From NCBI GenBank assembly GCA_002104905.1, contig MCFE01000003.1:223977-287976 (forward strand): DNA of 64,000 nt. Direction: 5' to 3'. The stretch comes from Basidiobolus meristosporus CBS 931.73. Taxonomy: Eukaryota > Fungi > Basidiobolomycota. This document shows, one piece after another, positions 1 to 12,100 of this stretch. The notes beneath the pieces are model-generated. The model made no database searches. It had not been told where the DNA came from and worked only from the letters and a program-made list of their open reading frames with translations. Positions within the stretch are counted from its first letter, which is position 1. Each line of letters opens with the position of its first letter. The position numbers and the translations under genes are program-made.

Positions 1-3000
1 AGCCCTGAATGTATAGATGATTGTGGTGAGAGCAAATAGCATATGTGTGCAGCATAAATCCACCCTTGGCTTCGTAGCAAGTCTCCAAAACTAGTGAGAG
101 CCTGAGTGTCTCCAGGAGTTCTGTTAGCCAGGATCATCGCAACGGTTTCGCGCCACTTCGAGAGTTTATCAACAGAAACGGCGTTTTGAAGTGGCTGGCT
201 GGATAATGGCGAGACTAGAGGCTTAGGAAGAGACTCAGGCGTGAAGAAGTGTGACTGTGGGTCAGTAGCAGACAGTGGAGCAAAGTCCTTGATGGCGTCT
301 TTTCCAAGGCCTGCAAACAGGTTATACATGACCGTCATGGATTCTCGATTGGAATCTTTATCGGAGGAGATCTCCTCCTGAGTGAATTTTTGAACCACTT
401 GCTGCCAGGTTTCTTTACCTACGCAACTACCGATAATCAAGGCATGCGCCCAAAGACCATTATCCATGGCAAACTTGGTGGCAACTGAGCGATCTCCCTT
501 CAACAAGAGCTCTTGGAGAGAATCTAGCGCTCCAGGGGAAGCCTGCTTATGCTGAGGTGGATTCCTGCTCACATCGGAATTGCGCTTGTGCATGGACTGA
601 GGGAACACCACTTCGAGAGTCTCTTTTTCAACATCAGCGCTATATGAACCAACATGCTTGTAAATTACGTTTCTGGGGTAAATGGTCGCAGTATTGATTC
701 ACATACCTTCCTAATAACACACCATCATGATCACACAGTACTTTGAGTAATTTCCACAGGATGATTTCGTTTTGCGAATCTTCTTCGGTTTGGATCGATG
801 GGCTTTCGCTTAACTCTCTAATCTTAGTATCCAAAAACTCCCCAACTGCCTTTTTGCGGGCTTTGATTGAGCTCTTCTCGCTATCGAAAAGCAGAGGACC
901 TGGGAAACTGTTGGCTTTTTTCTCTCCAACAATGTTGCCCAAACTATGAAACTTCAATTCTCCAGGATACACTTTGGTTACTGGAGTGGATGAAGATGCG
1001 GAAAACCTTGTTACCACTTGAGGGAACATAAATAGGACTTTTCCACCGAAGCCGAATGTGACAATTGGAGATCCTTTGGTTCTACCAAGTGGGTCGTAGA
1101 TTCCAGAGTCCACGGCACTCTTTTCGCCGTAATAAGAGTCACCTTGCCCCATATTAGGATCATACTGGTTCCCAAAATTCTGATCAGAACTGTAGTTTGC
1201 AATAGCTTGAGCATCACCAACACTACGATTGTTGGTGCTCTGGTCGATTCCATACGGCTGGTGGGATTGTTGGTCGTAATACATCTGACTAGCTTCTTGC
1301 TCATGCCCAGGTTGATAATACTGGGACGCACCGCCATACTCATCCTGTACAGAGTATTGCTCGGAAGTATGCTGAGCATCGTTGCTGGGTTGGCCGCTAT
1401 TCGGGTCATATTGAGCATATTCCTGCTGGTAGTAATCTTGGTTTGGCTGATATTGCCCGTCTTCTTGGTAATACCCTTGCTCATTGTAATAAGACTCTTG
1501 ATCTGGGACAACCGCACCCTGGTTATCGGGAGTGTACTGCTCCAGAGTCTCTGGGTTAACCCCAGCGTGGCCCTCAACTGCTTCTCCTTGCCCTTGTCCG
1601 TAATAGTTTGATTCATACTGCTGGCCATCGTAATATCCATAGTTCTCGTACCCATTACCGTAAACGGCCCCTTCAGTCTGCCAGGTATTGTTATCGGTTG
1701 GAACAACACCTTCATCAGGAATTTCATCTACGTTTTGTTGCTCGTGGCTATTTTGCTCAGTGCTCTCCACGTTACTGGTAACGGTGTGTTCATAACCATG
1801 CTGCTGATAGTCTTGTGGATAGTATTCTTCATTGTACCCGTGTTGTTCTCCGCTGTAATAGCCTTCTCCACCTTCCCAAGCTTGTTGAGTGTTTGCGACA
1901 TCAGAGCTCAAAGGCTCCTCCATAGCGTGAGGCTGTGTCTGATTTTCGCCCTCGACCGGTGCGTCACTTGGGGTGTATTCCTGTGCATAATAACCTTCCG
2001 TGTTATTGTATTCGCCATAACCAGGCACCTCTTCCCATGCCCCTTGATACGTATTAGATCCCAATGCCTCCTGATTGTCGGCGAATTCAGCATTATTCTC
2101 GTAAGAAATATTCTCATATTGCTCTTGTTGAAGATGGCTCTCCTCGCTTGGATAAACATTGGTAAAGCCCTCATAAGCTTGCTGCTCAGACTGATCATGA
2201 GTGGGGGAGATATGTTCATAAAATGAATCAGTAGCATAATTCTCAAGTCCATTATCTGCATTCACATTGGGCTGTTCCATACACTTGTCTTCGCTTGGTT
2301 TCTCTTCGACTTGAAGAGGTTTCGGCACCTCCTCAAAGGGAGATTCTACTACCGACACTACACCGCTATGGTCCTGCTCTGGCGACTCTTGAGGAATCTC
2401 AAGTTTGGGCTCAACCATTTCTCCTTCCTCGTAAAATTCGGAGTTGTAATGGTCGTGTGGACTAGACTCAGCTAACGCCTCACCACCTGCAGAAACGTTT
2501 GTATCATCCAAGTGGTGCTGGCTTGCAAGCTCTGTGGATTGCGCGTCAATGGGTGATTGTACAGAATGAGCGCTAGATTCTATCGATGGCCCTTGAGCAC
2601 CTTCACTGGCAAATTCAGAAAATTCAGGACCCTTTTGAATGCTGTCTTGGTCTTCTGGGTGGTCGACAGATGTATCATTGGGGTTTAGGCTTTCGGGGCT
2701 TTGCTGGTCAACAACAGAAACAAATCCTTCGGGAGATTCCTTGCCCTCGCTATCGAGGATATCCTCGTGGTTCGTATCCAAATCATGAAGCTCAAGCAAG
2801 GCATCGTCCTTCACGAAGTTCTGCTCTTTAACCTCACTAATCTCCTCTTTGCCAATTAGCTCCTCGTCATTGGCGAGTTCGTCATTCGGGACCTGAACAC
2901 TTTGGATTGATGGGGAGGTGGATTGCTCAAGAGAGGGCTCGGATGATTGAGTTTCCAACTTCGACCCATCCTCATGGCCATCTGCCTCTTTTAAGGTTTC

Positions 3001-4902
3001 CTCCTCAAGAGGCACATCTGCCGCGGTGATTTCCAACGGTGGGGATGCTACATCCGGGCTGTTGCCTGTCCCCGCTACAACATCGTAGTCAGATGAATCT
3101 TTTTCTGATTCATTGTTCTTTTCCATTGATGCTGTATCTTGAAGACTAGACGTTGAACCCAGCACCAAATCATCCAGGTCATCTAGGTTGTCAGATTGGG
3201 AATTATTCTGCTCGAAGGAGATGGATTGATCTTCCGGCGATTTCGGTGATGATTGCTTATCGCTGGCGTAAGATCCGCCGACGAAACTGTTAAACATATC
3301 CGCCGCAGTGTCAAAGAGAGAGGGATCGTTGATATCAATATCCTCCGTTTGTCCAAGAGGATCATTGGCACTCTTCTGCTCCAATGGCTTCGCAGTCGGC
3401 GGTTCTTTGACATCTGGTTGGGCCACTTGTTCGGTGACATGGTTTTCAGCAGTCTCGAATATGTCCGAGTTATCTTTGACGATGCTAATCTCGTCTTCGG
3501 GAACAATGTGCTCTTGGGTGTTCGCGTCGCTTGAAGGGTTGAATTCACTCCGAGATTCGGTCACTTGTTGATGGGAAGTTTGGTCTACCTGGGTATTCGG
3601 GTCCTGATGGTAATTGATTTCCAACTCTTCACTTGGGTTTACAAGCGCTACAGCCGGGCTGTCAGGTACTGTTTGATCTTGGAGAGTCAAGGTGTTTGAT
3701 GTTTTCTCCATCACAGAATAATTTGTTCCCTCTGGTATGGAATAATCATGCTCATAAGGAATCCGATCGTTGTTTTCTGCAGAGAAAGATTCGAAAAATG
3801 CACTCGGATCACTGCTTTGAGTTTCCGCAAGATCTTTGCCTTGATGGCTGGACATTTTCTGATCTGGCGCGTGCTGTGGATGGGGAGGCTGCGTTGGATA
3901 ATGAGAAATGGCAGCACTAGTCTCATCCGTTGGCACCTGTTCGGTTGGTTGATTGTACATCTCCCCTCCGCCTTCGGTATACTGACCATTGTAATCATAT
4001 TGTTGATAATAGTCAGTATAGGCTGGATCTTGTGCTGACGAATTGTAGTCATAGCCTTGATAGTCATAACCGTACCCTCCAGCGTAATCTTGATTCTGGT
4101 ACTCAGCATTAGGATTGTTGTAGCTTGGGTCGACATACCCTTGACCTTGGTTGTAGTAAGCAGCCGCTGAAGGATCCTGTTGGTCGTATCCTTCATAGTA
4201 GTTGTTGTACCCGTCATAGTTGTTTGCATTGGATTGCTGGTACTCTTGATAATCCCCTTGGTATTGGGAGTGGGGATCAGCTTGCTGTGCATAGGCGCCT
4301 TCTGCTCCTCCGTAGCCAGGGTGTTGTTGCTGGTAAGCATTCTGTGAATACCAATCAGCTTCATTCGAAGTCTGTTGGTATTGCTGGCTATTTGGGTCTA
4401 CGTATGATTGTGCTTGATAAGCATCATATGACGGGGTCTGTACTTGCGCTTGATGCCCATACATCTGCTGTTCTTTGCCAAGATTATCGAAGAAAGAAGA
4501 CTCTGGTGCCGCGTTGGAAGAACCCATATAGGCTTGGTTTTGCTGAGCAGAATTCACAGAAACATTTTGGGTGGCTGAATAATTATCAAAGAACGAACTC
4601 GCGTTATCAGCACCTTGATGTACGGAAGGTTCGGTGGTTTTGGGGCGCTGGGGAGTAGGATACTGCGGTGAAAAAGGTACAGAGGGCTGCGTAGCTGGGG
4701 CAGTGGAATTACTGCGAGGTGGAATAGACCCCTTATTACTATGCGAGGTATTATTCCAATCGTAAGCTTGAGCGGGTTGAGTGGATTGGCTGCTCACCAA
4801 GGAGCCAAACAAATCAGTCTCTCCACCGGAATTCCCAAAAAAAGGGATGGGGCCCTCATCCACCTCGCCTTTGGAATTTGGCCGTTTATCGGCTGATGCC
4901 AT
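1..4902 (-). CDS. SEC16: COPII coat scaffold Sec16, 3'-partial. Exon 707-4902, intron 640-706, exon 1-639 continuing out of the window
   Basis: About 1250 aa of Q/Y/E/D-rich disordered N-terminus, then 'PIVTFGFGGK...FPGPL...ILWKLLKVLCDHDGVL'. After a GTATGT..TAG intron the frame gives 'LQELLLKGDRSVATKFAMDNGLWAHALII...WRETVAMILANRTPGD...GDLL...AAHICYLL', the Sec16 central conserved domain. Confidence 0.92.
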
Positions 4903-5501
4903 ACGTATGATTATATTTGTCTAGAGAAAATTATAGAGCCAAGATGTTAACGAAACGGAATCGTAGTAACACGCTAGTAAAGACTCGCGAATGTATATGT
5001 ATAATATAACAAAAAGACAATCAATGAAATATGATAACGAGCCAAGCAAGTACAGGTAAAAAGTAAGGGGTTTACCGATCAACTCGTAATAATAAATTTA
5101 CTGAGGCTGTTCTGACCAATGAACAGCCACCAACCAATTCAGACCATTCACCACTGCGACTGCATTCACATTCATTCCCGATTATTTGCTCTGGCCATGT
5201 GTTTACTTACCTACGCACACCTTTTACCCAGACTTTGTCTAACCTCATATTGACTGTAGGCAAATATCGACAAATCTTAGAAATGCTAGACTAATACTGG
5301 AAGTTATGCATTAATTCACGAGTCACGTTTGATTGTTATTAATTTTGATTTGGTGCTCATTTAAGCAAATTTTACTTTTGTGTGTACCTACACTGCGATG
5401 AATCATGGTGTAAAGATTAATTTATCTTGGGAAGGAATCAGTCAGAGTGGCACAGTCGGAGGTTGGAGCTTACCAAGTGTTGTTTAGAGCTAGGCACATC
5501 T
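4903..5501. promoter_or_regulatory. Putative bidirectional promoter between SEC16 and the Obg GTPase
   Basis: 599-bp head-to-head spacer with CCAAT boxes at 5116-5120 and 5134-5138. Confidence 0.45.
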
Positions 5502-7930
5502 ATGTTCGCTGTAAGACGTTTTACCCAGCTAGAGGGATGGTATCTACGTGCTGAGGTTCGCCCGCTGAAAACGAGCTCGAACGTACTCGTTAGGGCTTTC
5601 TCTGTTCAGCATTCTTTTGTTACTGAAGATTCAACGGAAACACCAGCCAAGCCTCGCCGTAGTGTGTTCGACATCGACAAAGCTGAGCTCACAGCATTTG
5701 TGAACGGTTGGGATTATGAGGGAGAGAATCTTGAGGGGGATTTTGAAACCGACGATATCGTTCGAGAGGATTCCGACTTTGTCGGCTACAAAAAGAGAAA
5801 GACCTCAAACCGTTATGTGGAGTACGAAGAGCAGGAGCAATCAGACTACCGGAAATTGGAGTATCGTTCGCGGACGCAAAGCACGGAACACACAGGGTAT
5901 GAAGTAATAGGAAGGAATAAACATCTCGCACCTCTGAATGAGCTATCCAACTTCGAGGATGAGAAAATAGAGTTTGAGCCGATGTCAGTCAACAAAGAGA
6001 GCGATGCCTTGGACACTCTGACTGATACTGACATTGTGTGCGATGAGAAATTAGTCTTTGAGGATGATAACGTAGAATTTGAAGAGAGAAGTGCATCATA
6101 CAAGCATCAGAAGCTAAGCCATGATGTGTCAGAGATCGACGAAAAGCTTGAATTCGAAGATGTTTCCCAGCCTCGGCAGGTAAACAAGTACAACTTCCAA
6201 TTTGAGTCTAACACCAATGATTTGGGAGACTATATTCCGGGGTTGACGTACGCGCGTTGGGCACAGAATTCTAGCACTGACAAGAAAGTGATACTGGAGG
6301 ACATTGACCTGGATTATGTTGAGCGGCGAACTTTTAGTCGACTGCTGCAAAAGCTTAATAACAACCCACAGCGATTGTCAAGCGATCTATTTATAGATGA
6401 AAATGTGACTGTTGAGCGCTTTCAGAAAGACGAGAAGCAATTGGAAAGGATCGCAAGAGAGCAATACTCCAACACAAACAAAGTGGACCTGCCACATTTG
6501 CGTTTGGACGTAGACGAGAAACTGCTGTATGTAGACGAATTTGGCCACGCCGCACAGAAACCCAGAAAATGGTCAAAAAAGTATGAATTTGAGAAAACTG
6601 ATTTCTACTCGGAGCAGACAAACAAACGCGTTGTACCTGATGTACCACTTCCTGAGTTGCAACCCAGTGGGGTAGATCAACCAGTACAAACACCGGAACC
6701 AAGTAGCGAACAGGAGAGGCTTAGATATGCAGATGACAAGGTAGAGACAAAAATCTGACGAGCTTCACGCGTTCCTAATAGCTAACAAGTAATCTGCTTT
6801 GGTAGACTACAGACTATTGTGATTTCAAAAAGATCCAGATCACTGGAGGCGATGGCGGAGATGGATGTGTCAGTTTCCTTAAAGCTAGGCACCGCAACAA
6901 AGGAATGCCAGATGGAGGAAACGGCGGCCAAGGCGGATCAGTATATTTTGAAGCCACAAACGATATAGTCTCGCTCCACTCAGTCAGCTTAAAAATACAC
7001 GGACAGCGAGGTTCAAGTGGAAAGGCTAAACATCATGATGGGAAATCGGGGGCTGATGTACTTATACGGGTTCCTGTTGGCACTGTAATTCGTGAAGTTG
7101 AACTTTCGGAAAGAGACGCAGAGTCTTTACCGCCTAATGATGATTGCTTCATACATTATCCGGGATGGAGGAACAAGAATTTACACAACATCTTCACCGA
7201 CACCATCAAACCAATCTCCATACCTCGTCAGAAATTACCCGAATTGGATTTGAAGACAGATGGGCAGAAACACCTGTTATGCTATGGCGGGTTGGGCGGC
7301 TTTGGTAACCCCTACTATGTGACCGGCCAAAACAAGTACCCAAAGTTCGCCATGAAAGGACAGAAAGGCCAAACACGTATTTTGGAATTGGAGTTGAAGA
7401 CAATTGCCGATGCAGGGCTCATTGGGCTGCCCAATGCGGGGAAATCGGCATTCTTGAGGTCCGTTTCGAATGCCTATCCTAAAGTTGACTCTTATCCCTT
7501 CACTACCATACACCCATGCGTTGGCACGATTCAATACCCTGACCTATTCAATTTGACTATCGCTGATATTCCTGGGCTAGTTGAAGGGGCGCATAGGAAT
7601 GTAGGACTCGGCCACTCGTTTCTGCGACACATAGAGCGTAGCAAAGTCCTAGTTTACGTTATCGACCTTGCAAGAAAAGCCCCATGGGATGACCTAAGCT
7701 TGTTGCGCAGCGAGTTGGAGCTTTACAAGCCTGGGCTAGCACAGCGACCATCACTAGTCATAGGTAACAAAGCTGACATATCCAATGTAGCTAAGAGCAA
7801 TTTTGAACACCTCCGATCCGTAGCTGAACTGCAAGTTGTTCCCGTGTCAGCCAAATTGCAAAAGAACATCAAAAAAGCTACGTCGTTACTCCGAGAGATG
7901 GTCGAGAGTGTAGCAGGTCAAGCCTGTTGA
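5502..7930 (+). CDS. MTG2: Obg-family GTPase, mitochondrial MTG2/GTPBP5-like, ~787 aa; join(5502..6740,6806..7930)
   Basis: ATG at 5502 followed by an Arg/Ser-rich presequence-like stretch (MFAVRRF...VRAFS). A phase-0 intron 6741-6805 (GTAGAG, branch GCTAAC, TAG) joins it to the Obg fold 'DYCDFKKIQITGGDGGDGCVSF...GMPDGGNGGQGG'. G1 GLPNAGKS, G2 YPFTT, G3 DIPG, G4 NKAD and G5 SAK are present. Confidence 0.85.
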
Positions 7931-8233
7931 ACAGCTACTGAGTAGTCTACATCTTAGTTCCTTAACAATACGACCACTTCCATCATTTTAGAAACTACGC
8001 CACTTGACTTTGCACTTGCACTTCTTTCATTTTTATGAAATTGTATCATCATTAAACCATAGATCGAGAAATCTACAGCTGTATTGCTAGTACGGAAGTT
8101 ACTTTGTATCGAGAGACTAATCGTTGAGTGTGAGCTAGTCGCGCATGTATTTTAGACTCGAAGTTCACAAAAACCAGTAGCAGTCAACTTTATTTTTAAA
8201 GAGATTCAGAGATTCATTGGGCTTGCACCATCG

Positions 8234-8908
8234 TTAACCCCATGCAGCCGTAGTACAGTAGTTAATAATTAATTGGCCTTCTACACTGAATGACTAGAGG
8301 ATTGTGACAGATATGATACTTTAGAATCCAACTTATGCTGCATCGTAAAACTAATAGGGCAGCGTAACTAACCTTGTAAAGATTTGATACCAATTCGTCA
8401 GGTGCAGGCGAGAATGCACTGTTTATATACAAGAACTATAAATATAGGAAACGGAATTAGTTGACGGTTTGACGATGCTCAGACTGAGATAGAAAGCTTG
8501 AGGTTTTCCTTTACCAAAGGTTCTGAGCCCTTGTATTTGAGTTCTTTCCGAAGAAACATGATTACTGTCTGAAATTTATGGGAAGCAGTAATTTTGTATA
8601 AAGATTGTCGCAAAATCGGCGCGTTTCCTATGGCTCGAAACCGAACTACCACTATATAGTAGGAGTAAATACTTTAGTTGACTGGAAAACAAGCTTTCGA
8701 ATGCAAGGCTTGAAAATAAATATAAGCCTTGACTACCTTTAGATGTGTCTTTCTTCTTATATTGAGCTAAAGGATCGGAATTTGTGAAGGGAAACCCTTG
8801 AGAAGGTGGGTTTGTATTAATAGGAGATGCCGTTTCGGTGTCATTTACGGATGGTGATAGTGGCATTGCTGGAGCCTCAGCATCGGAAGGTGTGTTAGGC
8901 ATACTCAT
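8234..8908 (-). CDS. ATG12: Ubiquitin-like autophagy protein Atg12, 143 aa; join(8737..8908,8515..8651,8373..8435,8234..8293)
   Basis: Three GT-AG introns give one continuous frame ending '[87 protein letters not shown]', the Atg12 signature with its C-terminal conjugating Gly. Confidence 0.96.
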
Positions 8909-9023
8909 AATTCAACAAGCCTTGCTGCAGTTGGGTATACACTAATGAAAGGTCTAAATGCAATGAATCAAAATGAACTCAGTCGTGACTATGAATTCGA
9001 AGTCGGCAATAAACCAAGAATCA

Positions 9024-9037
9024 ATATCACGTGATAT
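9024..9037. promoter_or_regulatory. Palindromic E-box ATATCACGTGATAT in the 200-bp ATG12/FANCA-like divergent promoter
   Basis: Perfect 14-bp palindrome with a TCACGTGA core, roughly midway between the two start codons (8908 and 9109). Confidence 0.5.
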
Positions 9038-9108
9038 GTGCGGCTTCATATATGCTATATTTCAATAAGAAAGCCTGTGTCCAAGCGGCTTATGGCTGAG
9101 AAGGAAGT

Positions 9109-12100
9109 ATGCTAGAAAAGGATATTGACCTTCTAAATGATCTTGACGATGGTATAGATTTCGAATCTTTTGTTTTTGAGGAGAACTATCACCCTACTCG
9201 AAAGATCATTCTACTACAAAATCTTCGCACAAAAGAAGGTACTTGCCAATCAACTTTTCATATACAACGGTGGAATACCCAATAAGTTAACGGATTCACT
9301 GGCTGCTTAAAAGCACTCAACGTATTGCAGGCTAGTAGAAATCTCGTCGTTGAATCCCAATATCTTGGAATTCCGACTGCACGATATGCCGCACGAGAAA
9401 TGGCATATTGGCTATTGAAATGTGATACCAGTGAGCAGGTACTTTATGCCTAGGTTTAAATATTGAAGATCTTGCCCGACGTGTATTGACACTTGAATTA
9501 GTTCGAAACCATATGTGGGGTTATTAAAAAATTCGATGCCGAGGCTCAATTTGATATGAAACGCTTCATCGGCGTGCTACTGAACTCATATGGACAAGGT
9601 AGAGAAAGGCCTACTGGAGAGAATCTCTCGCCACAGATCTGTATCCTCTCCCTATTGTTCTGCCTTAGAACACAGCTGCCTGGATTGATGTCAGAAGAGA
9701 TGATATTTGAACAATTAAAATCAGTCGAAAAATTTATTGTCTACGATTTGAAGGAAATGGTCTTGACCACAGATGGTCAACTACAAGCAAACGAGGTTTT
9801 CGATGGTTAGTCATTCAGTCCACCAAAGCAGAGTTCTACGACCACAAAAGTGTTCATAACACCGTATCGCTTAAAATAGATTTTTTGAAGAGTGCTTTGA
9901 AGATCATCAATCTATCGCTAGCAAGTGAAAATGAGAGAGAGAGTTACAGTTTCCGGCACATGAAGTTTATTGAACAGATATTCCATAGCATTTTAGAACA
10001 AGATATGACGAACTTCCTAGACTGGAGGTAAACTGCATCGATAAAACATCAGTCACAACGCCACTAATAGGTATCATGTCTGTTCAGCATTACTGCGCCG
10101 AAAATCGCTGTTTACCAATACACACTGGACTTTATTATTCAACACACATTTGCTTTGGAGGAAGTAAAGACATCTCTGACAGTTCAGGATGTTTTCATAC
10201 GTGAGGTCACACGCATATGCTGTAAGACACCATGCTCTTTGGATGAATTGAATGGAAAGCCTCAGTCAGAATTCACAAAAACCTGTGGAAATGCAGTGAA
10301 TGCGATGCAAAATGGTATTCTTTGAGCTTCTAGAAATCATGTCTGCCTTTTCTAAACTAGAATATCTTCAAGATAATAGCAAGCCTTATGAATACCGACG
10401 CCCGGTTTTTGCCACTCTCCTAAAAATATTTGATACTAGCAAAGACTCTACTCTCTCCGCAACAGATCAAAGCATCGCGGTGATCAACAGTGTCATTTCG
10501 ATTGGGAGACATTTAGCAGTAATTCAGATTGTTCATGTGCAAACTATACCTCAGAATGTACTGACATTGACTATGTTAGCTTCTACCTGAATTAACATGC
10601 CTCTTCGGCTTAATTCGAACCTTTTGCTCGTTTGATCCCTTATCGAACAAGGAGGCCCTTAACGTCCTTACTGACTATTTGGAGAATGCGATAGAACACT
10701 ACGACTCTAATTTGCTTGTACTGGTTTTGAATTTTGCATGGATAGCTGAAAGTGAAAAGGCGTTCAGACACATTAATGGCTACCGGATTTGGGTGCAGGT
10801 AAATAATGAAGAGATCTTGAATGCAATAAGGCGCTTTCTCTGAAAATTAAGCTACTTGTAAGCGCAATATTATCCGTGAGGACGCGAGCCTTCTTTCTAC
10901 GAAACGAAAAGCCCAGTTTCTCTTTACTACTTTAAGCAATATGGTTCCGTATCAATCAAGCAAAGCATTACAGGTACTTTGCAGAATTATCTCACATTCC
11001 CTGCACCTCTTTACAAAACTCAATTTGGCTTTAGTTGAATTTACACTCTTTTTTGGGCCTCTCTCGTTGGCGAGCTATTGTCAATGATTATGTAACACTA
11101 CTAAAAACGCGACTGCTGGATATGGGAGTAAGTATAATTTTGTTTTTTCCATTTAGGCTCCACTAGCTGATTATTTCCACCATCTAAAGGAATCTATACA
11201 ACTGAACAAAAACTCTGTGACGCCACAACCCGCACTCACGCAAGGCAGTCGTATGTTATCAATAGGAAAGATCCTTACCTCCTTTTCACTCTCGTCCCGC
11301 ATTCCCCAAGCGTTGCTAGAATCCATAGTGTTTCGTAACCGCTGGTACTTGAATACCTTCCTACCCGAATTGATGTACGGAGAACCACTCGAGGAAGAAA
11401 TCTCTGAAAGCATTCCATCCACAACTAGAGCGTCGTTGATTGAGAATCTGTATAAAAATGGAAAGATCGGAAAGAAACAGTACGACAGTTTTTTGGAAAG
11501 TAACCGTCAGAAAAAACTTGAGCTCGCACAAGCCGCAAGAAATAGAAACCCTGGACAACCATCAGATAGCAAATCACCCATCCTCATAGACCTTGATTCA
11601 CCAGAGAAGTCACCTAATAGAAGCCCAATACCCATAAAACCGGATGTATCGCAGGAAGCCCTCTTCAAAACGATTGAGCGTTTAGTTGAAGCACTATTGG
11701 GCAGTATTGAGGATTCCTCAGATCATAATCTCGAACGTTTAAAGCTAGACGAGAAGATCAGCGAAATTAAAACGGCAATTGCTTCACTTCTGGACATCAC
11801 TTTGAACGATGAATCCCACACTACAAAGCAAGCATCATTAGAGCACATGACCGACTGTTTGATATATGACTATAGATCTCACGAAATATATCAGAATCCA
11901 CGGAAGCTACTAGATCTTTGCAAAACTTCGAACTCTTTGACCACTTTACTGATGAACGTGATTCAACTGTTTCTTCAAGATATTCAGCATAAACAAGCGA
12001 GAAAGAGCATCAGCATTCAATGCTTTATTTCCTTTCTAGATATCTTGAGAACATTCAAGTCACTTCATCCCAACGTATATCTGAACCTCTATCAATCACT

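Noticed and set aside
743-4658. Many 60-240 aa ORFs overlapping SEC16 on both strands
   Set aside because: Shadow frames of a low-complexity coding exon, with no motifs or independent signals.
5427-5501. TTG start given by the ORF track for the 443-aa ORF, and treating that ORF as a separate gene
   Set aside because: The ATG at 5502 gives a presequence-like N-terminus, and an in-frame intron joins the ORF to the Obg domain.
8576-8908. 110-aa orphan ORF
   Set aside because: It is ATG12 exon 1 read through intron 1.
11128-11156. Possible 29-nt micro-intron in the FANCA-like gene
   Set aside because: An in-frame acceptor at 11189 gives a typical 62-nt intron with a GCTGAT branch site. It cannot be decided without RNA data, so it is not claimed.
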